Below are positions 38,244 through 47,766 of a DNA stretch of 60,134 bases, piece after piece. Source of the DNA: a virus (taxonomy: Duplodnaviria; Caudoviricetes); the IMG/VR virus record IMGVR_UViG_3300020392_000017, positions 1-60,134 of that record; one strand, 5' to 3'. The stretch's first letter is position 1. Each line of letters begins with the position of its first letter. The translations under genes were made by a program, and so were the position numbers. Below the pieces are notes generated by a model, which ran no database searches, was not told the DNA's origin, and saw only the letters and a list, made by a program, of their open reading frames with translations.

Positions 38244-39626
38244 ATGGCAAATTTAATTAACGAAGCTGAAATCAGAAACACATGGTCTCCAATCATTGAA
38301 GAGGCTACTGGTATCAACGAAGCTTCAAAGCTAGCTTGGATGTCGGAATACTGCCACAATCACAAGCTTTATGAAGATGCATCTACAATGACTTTAGGTA
38401 CTGCAGGTAACATCTTTGGTATGGGCCCAACACTTTTTCCAGGTGGTTCAAGTACTGCTCAAGGCGGTGCTGGTGCAAATGGTTCAGGTGACAAAGCTCC
38501 AACATTATTACCGTTAGCAATGCAAGTTGCTGCACAAACAATTGGTTTAGACTTAGTACCTGTTGTTCCTATGGCTGGTCCTATGGGATTACTATCTTAC
38601 CTAGACTTCGTATACGAAGGTGGTAAATTAGCTGGGTCTGAAACTCCAACTTACATCAAAACTGACGAAGCTAAAGCTGGTGGTGACGTTGTAGTTGGTA
38701 CGTCAAGAATCGATGGTTTCAACATCATCAGAATCGTTGACGCATTAGATGCTAATAACGGTGAAACTAAAATTACTGACAGATACGCTAACGCTGTATT
38801 AGTAAAAGCTTTAGAAGATCACATTCCTGGCTTCTCAGGTGCTGATGACGCTGGTAACCCTTATTCAAGAGGTGCTGGTGAGCAAGCAAATGACAAAGTA
38901 ATGGGATTAAGCTTATTCTCTAAATCAGTTTCTGCTGAAACTTTCCAAGTTGCAGCAGCTGTAACAAGAGAGCAAGTACAAGATCTTAAGCAATTCGGTG
39001 TTGACGCTGTTGCTCAAGTAGAAGCAGTATTAACTAACGAGTTAACTCAGTCAATCAACAACCACATCTTAACTAAGATGAGAGCAATCGCTGGTAAAGG
39101 TTTAGGAGTTGATAACGCAGGCGTAAACGAAGTTGATATAGCTGTAGCTGCTAACTCTGGTGAAACTAGAGCAGATTCTTACAGAAAGATCTTAACTAAC
39201 ATCTTAGCTGCTGCGAACTTAATCGCACAAAAAGGTAGAAGAGGTGCTGGTAACTTCGCTGTTGTAGGTGGTGCTGTAGCATCAGCTATTCAGTCAATCG
39301 CTGGTTTCGTAGCTTACCCAATGGCTAACACTGTTAACCAAGTTGCAGGTTCAATCTATCCTTTAGGTTCTGTTGCTGGTATCAATGTTTACACTGACCC
39401 ATCAATTGACTTCGCTTCTGCTAAAGTATTAGTAGGTAGAAAAGGTGACGGTAACGGTCCAGGTCTTGTATTCATGCCTTACTTAATGGCTGAATCAGTA
39501 CAAGCAATCGTTGAAGGTACTATGGCTCCAAAAGTAGCTGTAAAATCTAGATACGCATTGGTTGAAGCTGGTTTCCACCCAACAACTCAATATGAGAAGT
39601 TTACACTTAAAGGTTTCGCACTGTAA
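38244..39626 (+). CDS. gp23: Major capsid protein
   Basis: WSPIIE, VVPMAGP, RRGAGNF, FMPY, KSRY. Confidence 0.93.
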   Translation: MANLINEAEIRNTWSPIIEEATGINEASKLAWMSEYCHNHKLYEDASTMTLGTAGNIFGMGPTLFPGGSSTAQGGAGANGSGDKAPTLLPLAMQVAAQTIGLDLVPVVPMAGPMGLLSYLDFVYEGGKLAGSETPTYIKTDEAKAGGDVVVGTSRIDGFNIIRIVDALDANNGETKITDRYANAVLVKALEDHIPGFSGADDAGNPYSRGAGEQANDKVMGLSLFSKSVSAETFQVAAAVTREQVQDLKQFGVDAVAQVEAVLTNELTQSINNHILTKMRAIAGKGLGVDNAGVNEVDIAVAANSGETRADSYRKILTNILAAANLIAQKGRRGAGNFAVVGGAVASAIQSIAGFVAYPMANTVNQVAGSIYPLGSVAGINVYTDPSIDFASAKVLVGRKGDGNGPGLVFMPYLMAESVQAIVEGTMAPKVAVKSRYALVEAGFHPTTQYEKFTLKGFAL

Positions 39627-39651
39627 TCTATAGATTCATAGAAACTATATT

Positions 39652-39683
39652 AAAAGGCCCTCTTTCGAGGGCCTTTTCTTTTT
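39652..39683 (+). terminator. Intrinsic terminator after the major capsid gene
   Basis: AAAAGGCCCTC-TTTC-GAGGGCCTTTT then a T-rich tail. Confidence 0.9.
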
Positions 39684-39733
39684 GGCAGACTTTGATAGAT
39701 ATATAATCTATATTAAATAATCAAACCCAAATT

Positions 39734-40921
39734 ATGATTAATACTAACAAAGTTAAATTATTTGAAGAGTTTGCTGCTGGCGAGGTTTCTAACCCAGAAC
39801 AAAATGTTGCTCCAGCTGCTAAAACTACTTCCGACACTGTTGCAGTCGATAAAGTTGCAGCAGAACCACAGGGCGCAGAATTAAGAGCAGAAATTATTAA
39901 AGATGTAGATACTATCCTGAATAATCTAGAAGCTCTATCCACAAGAATACAAGAAAATATCCAAAATTTATCGAAAGACATCAAAGAAGGTGTTGAGGTT
40001 GACCCTCTAGTTATCGAGGCTGTACAATCACTAGGTGTAGTTAATGAAGCTGATGAGCCTTCTAAGATTATGGACATTTTATTCTATGCACCAAAGGCAA
40101 GAAAAGCAATGGCCAAGGTTAACAAGATTAAGGATAACCAAATAGCGATAGACTTAGCTGCAGATAACTTAGATGGTAGTGATGAAAAGCAAAAGAAAAA
40201 GAAAGAAAAGCTACAGGTAAAAGCAAAGAAAGCTAAAGAACAAGCTGATGAGTTAGAGAAGACTATCAGAGATAAATTCGCCGACAGAGGTAAAATCGTT
40301 AAGAAAGCTATTACTAAAGTAGATATTGACGGTCAAGCTGAGAGAATTAAGAAGCTAACAGGTATGGAAGATGACCCAAAGAAAAAGAAAGCCCTAGCAG
40401 ATCAATTCAAAGAAATCAAAACTAAGCAGAAAGAAGAAGAGAAAGCAATCGCTGACATTAATAAACTTTCTGCCGCTGAAAAGAAAAAGTTAGCCGCGAA
40501 GCAAAAAGAACTGAAGGCAAAGGATGAAGCTGTAGAAGTTGAAGAAGTTGAAGAAGGTAACGCATTCGGTGCTGCAAGAGCAGAAGCAATTGCAAAAGGT
40601 GAAGACAAATTCAAAGTAGGTGACGAAGAGTACGACGTTGAAGGTGTAGACGCTGACGATAAAGAAAATGCAAAAGAGTTTGCAGATGAAGAAGGTATCG
40701 AAGTAAAGGAAAAAGAAGAAGCTTCAGTTGAAGAAGAACTTAAAGGTCATGCTAAGAAAATGAAAGAAGACGGTGTTTCTGATGAAGAAATAAAAAAGAT
40801 GCACCCAGAAGTTTCTGATGAAGATTTAAAAGAAGAAGATGAAGTAGAAGAAACTTCACATCCTGAAGTTCCACATTATCTTTCTGTATCAGAAAAAATG
40901 AAAATTATTTTAAAGAGATAA
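39734..40921 (+). CDS. Charged hypothetical putative internal head protein
   Basis: KLFEEF N-terminus, VVNE site, EGNAF module; GATATATAA at 39698. Confidence 0.6.
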   Translation: MINTNKVKLFEEFAAGEVSNPEQNVAPAAKTTSDTVAVDKVAAEPQGAELRAEIIKDVDTILNNLEALSTRIQENIQNLSKDIKEGVEVDPLVIEAVQSLGVVNEADEPSKIMDILFYAPKARKAMAKVNKIKDNQIAIDLAADNLDGSDEKQKKKKEKLQVKAKKAKEQADELEKTIRDKFADRGKIVKKAITKVDIDGQAERIKKLTGMEDDPKKKKALADQFKEIKTKQKEEEKAIADINKLSAAEKKKLAAKQKELKAKDEAVEVEEVEEGNAFGAARAEAIAKGEDKFKVGDEEYDVEGVDADDKENAKEFADEEGIEVKEKEEASVEEELKGHAKKMKEDGVSDEEIKKMHPEVSDEDLKEEDEVEETSHPEVPHYLSVSEKMKIILKR

Positions 40922-41404
40922 ATTCGATTTAGAATTCTTTTTAGCAAGTATTAGAAACTCCTGCCTCTGTTGAAGTAGGAGTTTTTTACATTTCTTACGA
41001 AAGTCAACAGAAGATTTTAATATACGACTATCTACCATAGGTGCTTTTAAAGTATCATGATATTCTGGATGTACAAAATTCTCTAAGTCAAAATTCATAA
41101 ACTTAGCTTTAATGGGTTTTAGACTAATTGCACAATACCAATCAATAGTATGATATGACTTCTTTAAACCTTTCTCAGTTAAAGCTCTATCATTAGCTAT
41201 ATCCCAATAAATTTTAGTAGAAGTTGTAGAATTAGGTCTTTGTGTTTTCAAGACACATTCCATAAACTGGTCATCATCAGACCATTTAGCAAGATTTCTA
41301 TGAGTTATTAGAAACTTTCTTAAAAATCTAGGTAAATGCTTTAAAATAATACCGTATCGGTTCGCGGGCCAAGGGCCTCCTGTCTTCTCAATTCGTATAC
41401 TCAT
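40910..41404 (-). CDS. Hypothetical protein
   Basis: 164 aa minus-strand ORF filling the gap between + genes. Confidence 0.6.
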   Translation of the reverse strand: MSIRIEKTGGPWPANRYGIILKHLPRFLRKFLITHRNLAKWSDDDQFMECVLKTQRPNSTTSTKIYWDIANDRALTEKGLKKSYHTIDWYCAISLKPIKAKFMNFDLENFVHPEYHDTLKAPMVDSRILKSSVDFRKKCKKLLLQQRQEFLILAKKNSKSNLSL

Positions 41405-41421
41405 ATAGTATATTTATCTAT

Positions 41422-41450
41422 GAAACATTTGAGCCATTTGATACTATAAC
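41422..41450 (+). promoter_or_regulatory. Class II promoter GAAAC-N18-TATAAC
   Basis: Recurrent motif (spacer 18). Confidence 0.6.
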
Positions 41451-41468
41451 AATTAAACTCATAGTTGT

Positions 41469-42428
41469 ATGCAATCATTAAATCAGCTTTTTACCGAAAA
41501 ATATCGGCCTAAAAATTTAAAAGAACTAATACTGCCTGATGCAGTAATGAATAAGTTTAAAGACGGACTAGTCCAGAATATGCTGTTTGCGGGCTCACCA
41601 GGGACAGGTAAGACTTCTTGTGCTAAAGCCGTTGTCAATCAGTTTGAATTGCCTTATTTGTACATTAACGCGTCCACAGACACATCTGTTGATGTAATTA
41701 GAACCAGAATTATTGATTTTTGTTCTACAGTGTCTATCATGGATAAACCTGGTACATTTAAAGTAGTTATTCTCGATGAGGTTGACGGTGTATCAGATCA
41801 GTTCTTTAAAGCACTTCGTGCTACAATGGAGCAATTTGCCTCTAATTCCAGGTTTATTGCAACATGTAATTATATTAATAAATTACCAGATCCTATTCTA
41901 TCAAGATTTGAAGTTATTAACTTTGACTTTGATAAAGAAGAAGAAACAGAGTTAACAAAGAAGTATATTCGTAGAGTATATGAAATTTGTAAGCAAGAAG
42001 AGATGTCAATTGAGAAAGATGCTCTTGTAGAGTTTGTTAGACGTAATTTCCCAGATCTAAGAACTACTCTAAATAAACTACAAGGCTATAAGACTCAAGG
42101 TACTACTAATATCACAGTACAAGATGTAAAGAGATTTAATTCAGTCTATAAAGATGTATTTGAATTAGTATTTAATGAGACAGATCCAGCTAAGAATTAT
42201 CAGATGTTAGTAAGCAATTATTCTAATAGAGTAGATGATGTATTACAAACATTGGGTGCAGAGTTTGTTGAATATATACAACAAGAACAATTGCAATCGG
42301 TAAAGCATATCCCACAGATCATTATTTCTGTAGCTAAACACCAACAGCAGAGAGTTCATGTAATCGATCCTGTAATTACAATGTTAAGTTGTATTTACGA
42401 GATACAAGGTATAATTAAGGCAAATTAA
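41469..42428 (+). CDS. gp44: Clamp loader large (AAA+) subunit
   Basis: EKYRP, GSPGTGKT, LDEVD, SRF, PDLR. Confidence 0.92.
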   Translation: MQSLNQLFTEKYRPKNLKELILPDAVMNKFKDGLVQNMLFAGSPGTGKTSCAKAVVNQFELPYLYINASTDTSVDVIRTRIIDFCSTVSIMDKPGTFKVVILDEVDGVSDQFFKALRATMEQFASNSRFIATCNYINKLPDPILSRFEVINFDFDKEEETELTKKYIRRVYEICKQEEMSIEKDALVEFVRRNFPDLRTTLNKLQGYKTQGTTNITVQDVKRFNSVYKDVFELVFNETDPAKNYQMLVSNYSNRVDDVLQTLGAEFVEYIQQEQLQSVKHIPQIIISVAKHQQQRVHVIDPVITMLSCIYEIQGIIKAN

Positions 42429-42457
42429 AGCAAAATAAGTGTTAAATAATTTTTCTA

Positions 42458-42483
42458 TGTCAGATATTTTTATTATATTTGTA
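42458..42483 (+). promoter_or_regulatory. Class I promoter TGTCA-N11-TATATTTGTA
   Basis: Exact Bacteroidota -7 consensus TAnnTTTG at 42474-42481. Confidence 0.7.
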
Positions 42484-42504
42484 TAGGAAGCATAAACTAA
42501 AGAT

Positions 42505-43779
42505 ATGAAAGTGGGAAAACATACACTATTAATAGACGGTAACTATTTCGTCTTCAGTAGACTATTCGTACTACCCAAACCTAAACAGGGTAAACTACTA
42601 GAAGATGATAAACAAAGAGCGCAGTTCATGCGTAAGTTAGCCATTGACTTTGCATCAGAGATGCGAAAGTTAAAAATGTTTGTAGATGACGTAGTCTTGG
42701 CAGTAGACTCCAAATCATGGAGAAAGGACCTATTCCCTGCATCAGACTATAAAGGTACAAGAAAACAAAATCAAACAGTAGACTGGCCATCAGTATATGC
42801 AGTCTATGAAGAATTTCAAAAAGTTGTAGCAACTAAAGGTGTTACTGTACATCAAATTCAAGGTGCAGAAGCAGACGATGTTATCTTTGGTTGGTCAACT
42901 ATGCTAAATGCTAGAGGTAAATCATGTATTGTGTGGACAGGTGACAGAGACTTAATTCAATTAGTCAACTATTCAGATACTAATGATGCTCACACCATTT
43001 GGTACTACAATACTAAGAAAACACTTTATGCATATAAAGGTTTCGAGAAAGATATGTCCAGTTCAGCAACAGAAACTATGACAGAAGATGATATGTTATT
43101 CAATATGGGTGGTAAGAATATGCTACGTGATAACTATCAGTCAGATATTATGAACTGGGTTACAGCTAATAAGATTAAGATTCAAGAAGTAGATTGTGAT
43201 GAATTTATCTTCAAGAAAATACTTGTAGGTGATAAATCAGATAATATCCAATCAGTAGTAACATGGCAGAAAGAAATGAAGAATGGTAAACTTAGAAACT
43301 ATTCTATTACAGATAAAACTGCAGATACTATATGGAAACAATATATCAAAGAATATGATGATTTCACTATTGACTTCTTATTCTCAACAGAAGCTAAAGA
43401 TATTCTATCAGATATTATTTACAGAGTTGTAGGTCACACTAACACTACTCTAATTAAGACTAATCTTACTACTAACATTGCATTAATGTTATTACACAAT
43501 AAGACTATTCCAGATCCAATTCAAAAAGCTATCTATGAAGCAATTGAATTAGACTGGGAAGGTGCAATTGAGTCTAAAGAATCTATCATGGAAATGGATA
43601 AAATTCTTGAAGGTACTGATTGGTTAGAAGGAGCTAAGAAGGCTAATTTTGCACCAGACCCATTTGCAGGTATGGATGTACCTGATGAACCTAAGAAGTC
43701 TCCAATGAAATTAGTAGGTAAGAAGACTAAGAAGACTAAGAAGACTGTAAAGAAAGACCCAACTAAAAAATTATTTTAA
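42505..43779 (+). CDS. rnh: RNase H / 5'-3' exonuclease (FEN family)
   Basis: LIDGN, SWRK...YKGTR, EADD, GDRDL, GDKSDNI. Confidence 0.88.
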   Translation: MKVGKHTLLIDGNYFVFSRLFVLPKPKQGKLLEDDKQRAQFMRKLAIDFASEMRKLKMFVDDVVLAVDSKSWRKDLFPASDYKGTRKQNQTVDWPSVYAVYEEFQKVVATKGVTVHQIQGAEADDVIFGWSTMLNARGKSCIVWTGDRDLIQLVNYSDTNDAHTIWYYNTKKTLYAYKGFEKDMSSSATETMTEDDMLFNMGGKNMLRDNYQSDIMNWVTANKIKIQEVDCDEFIFKKILVGDKSDNIQSVVTWQKEMKNGKLRNYSITDKTADTIWKQYIKEYDDFTIDFLFSTEAKDILSDIIYRVVGHTNTTLIKTNLTTNIALMLLHNKTIPDPIQKAIYEAIELDWEGAIESKESIMEMDKILEGTDWLEGAKKANFAPDPFAGMDVPDEPKKSPMKLVGKKTKKTKKTVKKDPTKKLF

Positions 43780-43950
43780 ATGCTAAGAGATATGACTCTA
43801 GATGAACACTTAACTATCGAAGAAATTTTAGCTGAGGCTAACGCCTACGGACTAAAAGCAGAAGTACAAGCAACTGCTAATAAACTTTTGAATGATGGTT
43901 ATGACTATGAGTCTGCTTATACTATGGCATTCCATGAATGGTGCAAGTAA
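43780..43950 (+). CDS. Small hypothetical protein
   Basis: 56 aa ORF MLRDMTLDEH...FHEWCK, absent from the ORF track. Confidence 0.55.
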   Translation: MLRDMTLDEHLTIEEILAEANAYGLKAEVQATANKLLNDGYDYESAYTMAFHEWCK

Positions 43951-43975
43951 ACTTTAGCACTTAATACCATATAAT
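43948..43975 (+). promoter_or_regulatory. Class II promoter TAAAC-N17-TATAAT
   Basis: Recurrent motif. Confidence 0.6.
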
Positions 43976-43979
43976 AAAT

Positions 43980-44411
43980 ATGTTAGACGAAACAAAGTTA
44001 TTTGACTTTGTGAAAATAATGTTCACAAAGCCTGCACAATACAAGAAATTAAAACAACATTCTAAGAAGCGACATCACTTCATGATTAATCGCTTTATGT
44101 CAATTAAATATCCTAGTAATGCACAGCTATTCAACATTAATGGTATAAATGGAGGTAACGTAGTAGAATGTTGGTCTGTTGTTGCTTCCAGGTTCAAATC
44201 TGTCCCTGGTTGGTTTTATACAAAAACTAAAAAGGCTAAGAAAAATAAGGCTGATAAATATAATCCCAGTGATAGATCTATTGAGATTTATATGGATAAA
44301 AACGAAATCGGACAGAGAGAATTTGACGAACTAAAACACTTCGCTAAAGATGCACTCTATTCTGACTTGAAAAAAATTGAAGAACAGATAGAAGTTTATG
44401 CAAAAAGCTGA
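43980..44411 (+). CDS. gp62: Clamp loader small subunit (gp62-like)
   Basis: LFDF...FMINRFMS pattern; close to gp44. Confidence 0.6.
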   Translation: MLDETKLFDFVKIMFTKPAQYKKLKQHSKKRHHFMINRFMSIKYPSNAQLFNINGINGGNVVECWSVVASRFKSVPGWFYTKTKKAKKNKADKYNPSDRSIEIYMDKNEIGQREFDELKHFAKDALYSDLKKIEEQIEVYAKS

Positions 44412-45045
44412 AGACCACTTTTCAGAAGTAATAGATATTACTTTATATAAGTACAACTCAATCGACCTCAAGTTATGGGGTGTAATCATGAGAGACTTTA
44501 AGACCAGATCTACTGGTGATAAATCTATGTTAGTCTCAAAAGATAGAATGTTAGAGTACTTACAGGTAGGTTTTAGAGATGATGTCAATAGATTCTCAGC
44601 AGTTAGTGATGTTAACATTCACAAAGAGGCTACTTCCATCTATTTTATTTGGCAGATATTTCAAACCATGCCTAATCTTAGATATATTAGAGTAAATCTA
44701 AATATGAATTCTAGCTATAATAGAATTGTAAATGTAGACCAGGTTAAAACAATCAAATATGATATTAAAACCTTAAGAGGAAGTATTCGTATGTTCGACC
44801 TATTTAATCCACATGAATTACAATTAGCTAATACAATTTTAAGAAAAGCTGGTCTAATTAAAGGTGGTGAGAAATTCAAAACATTTAAACTAAGAGATTT
44901 CTTAAACTCGTTAGATTTATTTCAACAAGAGAATAATACAGTAGAAATTCTAGGAGTAACTAACGCATTTATCCATACATTAGAGCACCATGAGTCAGAT
45001 AACCCTGAAATGCTCTTAATCACCGACTGGGAGTCAGATATATAA
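44398..45045 (+). CDS. Hypothetical protein
   Basis: 215 aa ORF. Confidence 0.6.
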   Translation: MQKAEDHFSEVIDITLYKYNSIDLKLWGVIMRDFKTRSTGDKSMLVSKDRMLEYLQVGFRDDVNRFSAVSDVNIHKEATSIYFIWQIFQTMPNLRYIRVNLNMNSSYNRIVNVDQVKTIKYDIKTLRGSIRMFDLFNPHELQLANTILRKAGLIKGGEKFKTFKLRDFLNSLDLFQQENNTVEILGVTNAFIHTLEHHESDNPEMLLITDWESDI

Positions 45046-45074
45046 TAAAAATAATAGACTCATAGTCTTTCAAT

Positions 45075-47039
45075 ATGGCGGTAACAAATTTTACAGCAGA
45101 TGCAATAGGAGATTATTTCTTCGCTAAATTACAAGAGCCTTATGCTAATGTAAATAGAATTACTAACTGGTCAATTTTAGTTGGTGTAAACTCTCCGAAT
45201 AGCGTGGGTACTTTAACCTTAACTGCTGGTAGTAATGTAATTACTGGTACTAATGTCAATTGGACATTAACACCAGGTAGTCAATTTATTGCTGGTGGTC
45301 AGACTTTTCAAGTCCAAACTATTACTGCAGATACAATTACTACAGAATCTAATTCAACATTTACAGGTACTGATGTAAAGTGGTATGAAGTACCAGATGT
45401 TGATAATTATTTTACCTATGATTTCAGATGGTCTCAAGAGGGTAGTTCATCTGATGGTGGTCAAATGTCAGAATTAAGACCTCTAAACAATGGCATTGGT
45501 CCAAGAGATTTATTAGGTTTAACTTTTGACCCTACAAAACCAGTTTGGATAGATGTAAAAGCAGAAGTATTCAGACTTTCAGCACTACATTCTTTAAGTT
45601 TACTTTCAGTTACATTTGAATTAGAAACTGCAAGTGGTCAAGTTCAATCTTGTCCACAATTATGTGGTGACTGTAACGACCCTTATTTACCAGGTTGTAC
45701 TAATATCGTTATTGATTGTTCAGATCCAATCTATGACCCATATAATTTAAGTAAACCAACTAAAATTTATGAAGAAATCAGTGAATTGGCTGCTAATATG
45801 TGGGGTCATAACACTCAATACTTTAGAGTAGAGCCAGATCAAAGATCTAGAGATGTTATCCTTATGGAATACTCACTCTATAATGTGAAAGAACAAGGTA
45901 ACGTAAAGATTATAGTACCAGATAATGCTCTACCAACTAGAGAATTTACTTATGATATTTTTGGTATGGGCTTTGAAGAATTTGAAATTCATATTACAAA
46001 AGGTCAGATGGAACAGGCATTCGGTGAAGGTATTCATCCAAGACCTAGAGACTATATGTACATTCCAATTATGAATAGAATGTATGAGGTTAGTTCAGTA
46101 AGTTTTGCAGATGAATTCAATCTGGAAATGACTTATTGGAGATTAATGTTGAAGAAATATGAAGAGCGTAGTTCAAGTATTATCGACACAGATACTGCAG
46201 AAGGTCAGGCAATTGATACAGCACTTGATGATTTATATACTGGAGTCGAAGAAGTATTCGGCGAAGAGATTCAAGACGAATATACAAAAACTACAAAACC
46301 AGCTCAATATCAAACTGTATTCTCAGAAGTAGCCGATGGTATTAGAGATAGAATTCACAATGCTCTAACTATTTCAGATAAAGAAATTAGAAATAAGTGG
46401 ACTATTATTGCTAAAAATTCTTATGACTTAGAGTCTGTTAAAGACTTAGGTATTGAGTGTCTATTATACAGAAAGTATTCTAGTCTACCAGTAGATAAAA
46501 ACCTAGCTATTTCTATGTGGTTTAAACCTAACTTAACTTCTAATACAGCAGAACAAACGTTAATTGATGGAAGACAAGGTAACAAAGGTATTAAGTTGAC
46601 ATTTAACAAGACAGTAATTAAAGCATATATTAATGATACAGTCTTAGAATATCCATGGACAACTCAACCAGTTAATGATAATTGGTATGGTTTAGTCTAT
46701 AATCTAAACAATAGTTTCATCAATACTGGAGCCTATGTGTATAAATTAAACCCACAGTCTAATGGTTTAAATTCACTACCAGTATCTGATACTCTACAAG
46801 AAGTGATGGACGTTACAAATGAAATTCCTTCTGCTTTAGGATGGTCTACAAAGAAACAATGGTCGCTTATGCCAGGTAAATTAGCGCTGACTAATTTTAG
46901 ATTATTTAAGAAAACTATTGGTAAAGATCAGCATACTAACATTCTACAACAATATGTAGTTAGAGATAATCACTTAGCAGATATTATTGATAATGCAATT
47001 CCTTCTATCCAGCTAAGAAGATACAATCAGAACCGATAA
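45075..47039 (+). CDS. Neck protein (gp14-like core) with extra N- and C-terminal beta-rich domains
   Basis: Central YFRV...FGMG...PRPRDYMYIP..NRMYEVS; LamG-like C-terminus (ISMWFKP, NWY); late motif at 45037. Confidence 0.55.
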   Translation: MAVTNFTADAIGDYFFAKLQEPYANVNRITNWSILVGVNSPNSVGTLTLTAGSNVITGTNVNWTLTPGSQFIAGGQTFQVQTITADTITTESNSTFTGTDVKWYEVPDVDNYFTYDFRWSQEGSSSDGGQMSELRPLNNGIGPRDLLGLTFDPTKPVWIDVKAEVFRLSALHSLSLLSVTFELETASGQVQSCPQLCGDCNDPYLPGCTNIVIDCSDPIYDPYNLSKPTKIYEEISELAANMWGHNTQYFRVEPDQRSRDVILMEYSLYNVKEQGNVKIIVPDNALPTREFTYDIFGMGFEEFEIHITKGQMEQAFGEGIHPRPRDYMYIPIMNRMYEVSSVSFADEFNLEMTYWRLMLKKYEERSSSIIDTDTAEGQAIDTALDDLYTGVEEVFGEEIQDEYTKTTKPAQYQTVFSEVADGIRDRIHNALTISDKEIRNKWTIIAKNSYDLESVKDLGIECLLYRKYSSLPVDKNLAISMWFKPNLTSNTAEQTLIDGRQGNKGIKLTFNKTVIKAYINDTVLEYPWTTQPVNDNWYGLVYNLNNSFINTGAYVYKLNPQSNGLNSLPVSDTLQEVMDVTNEIPSALGWSTKKQWSLMPGKLALTNFRLFKKTIGKDQHTNILQQYVVRDNHLADIIDNAIPSIQLRRYNQNR

Positions 47040-47097
47040 TGAAAACATATTCAGATCTAGACTGATTTGCTAGATATATAGAATATATTATGATATT

Positions 47098-47766
47098 ATG
47101 AGTGAAGAAAATTCAAAGAAAAAGAGAACAATAGCTGAACAAGCAGATGATATTAGAAAGGAGTTAGATGATTTGATAGGGGATAGTCCTCTAGAAGTTG
47201 AAAACGACCCTAAAGATTTGCCTATTCAAGCTAGACCAACGGATGTTGCACCAATGGTCAATTATACAGATCTCAAAGCAGGTGCTAGTAAAAAAGCACA
47301 AAAGACTATTACAAGTCTAATGAAATTTTATCTGGATGCAGATATTATTGAAAAAGATGAGTATATTAAAGCTAAGAAGCAAATGGATGAGATGACAATG
47401 TCTTCTCTCATTTATCAATTACAAGCAGGTGAAAGAGCACTTACAACTCTATTAGAAACTATTGACTCAGGTGAATTAGCACCTAGAATGTTTGAAGTAC
47501 TAGCAACTCTACAGAAGTCAATGTTAGATATTATTAAATCTCAGACCATGTATTTAATGGCTGCAGAAGAAGGTACTAAAAGAATTGCTAGAGATATAGA
47601 AATCTATCAACAAAGACAGAATCAAACTGAAATAGAAGGAGCGGGTGGAGATTCTGGTAATAAAAATATCCAAAGAGGTACAAAAGACTTAATGGCTGCA
47701 ATTCAAGCAGGTATTCACGGTGCTGATGAGCAGGATATTGAGGATGTTGAGCCAACAGAAGAATAA
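47098..47766 (+). CDS. gp16: Terminase small subunit
   Basis: PRMFEVLATL motif; immediately upstream of the large subunit; GATATATAG at 47073. Confidence 0.7.
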   Translation: MSEENSKKKRTIAEQADDIRKELDDLIGDSPLEVENDPKDLPIQARPTDVAPMVNYTDLKAGASKKAQKTITSLMKFYLDADIIEKDEYIKAKKQMDEMTMSSLIYQLQAGERALTTLLETIDSGELAPRMFEVLATLQKSMLDIIKSQTMYLMAAEEGTKRIARDIEIYQQRQNQTEIEGAGGDSGNKNIQRGTKDLMAAIQAGIHGADEQDIEDVEPTEE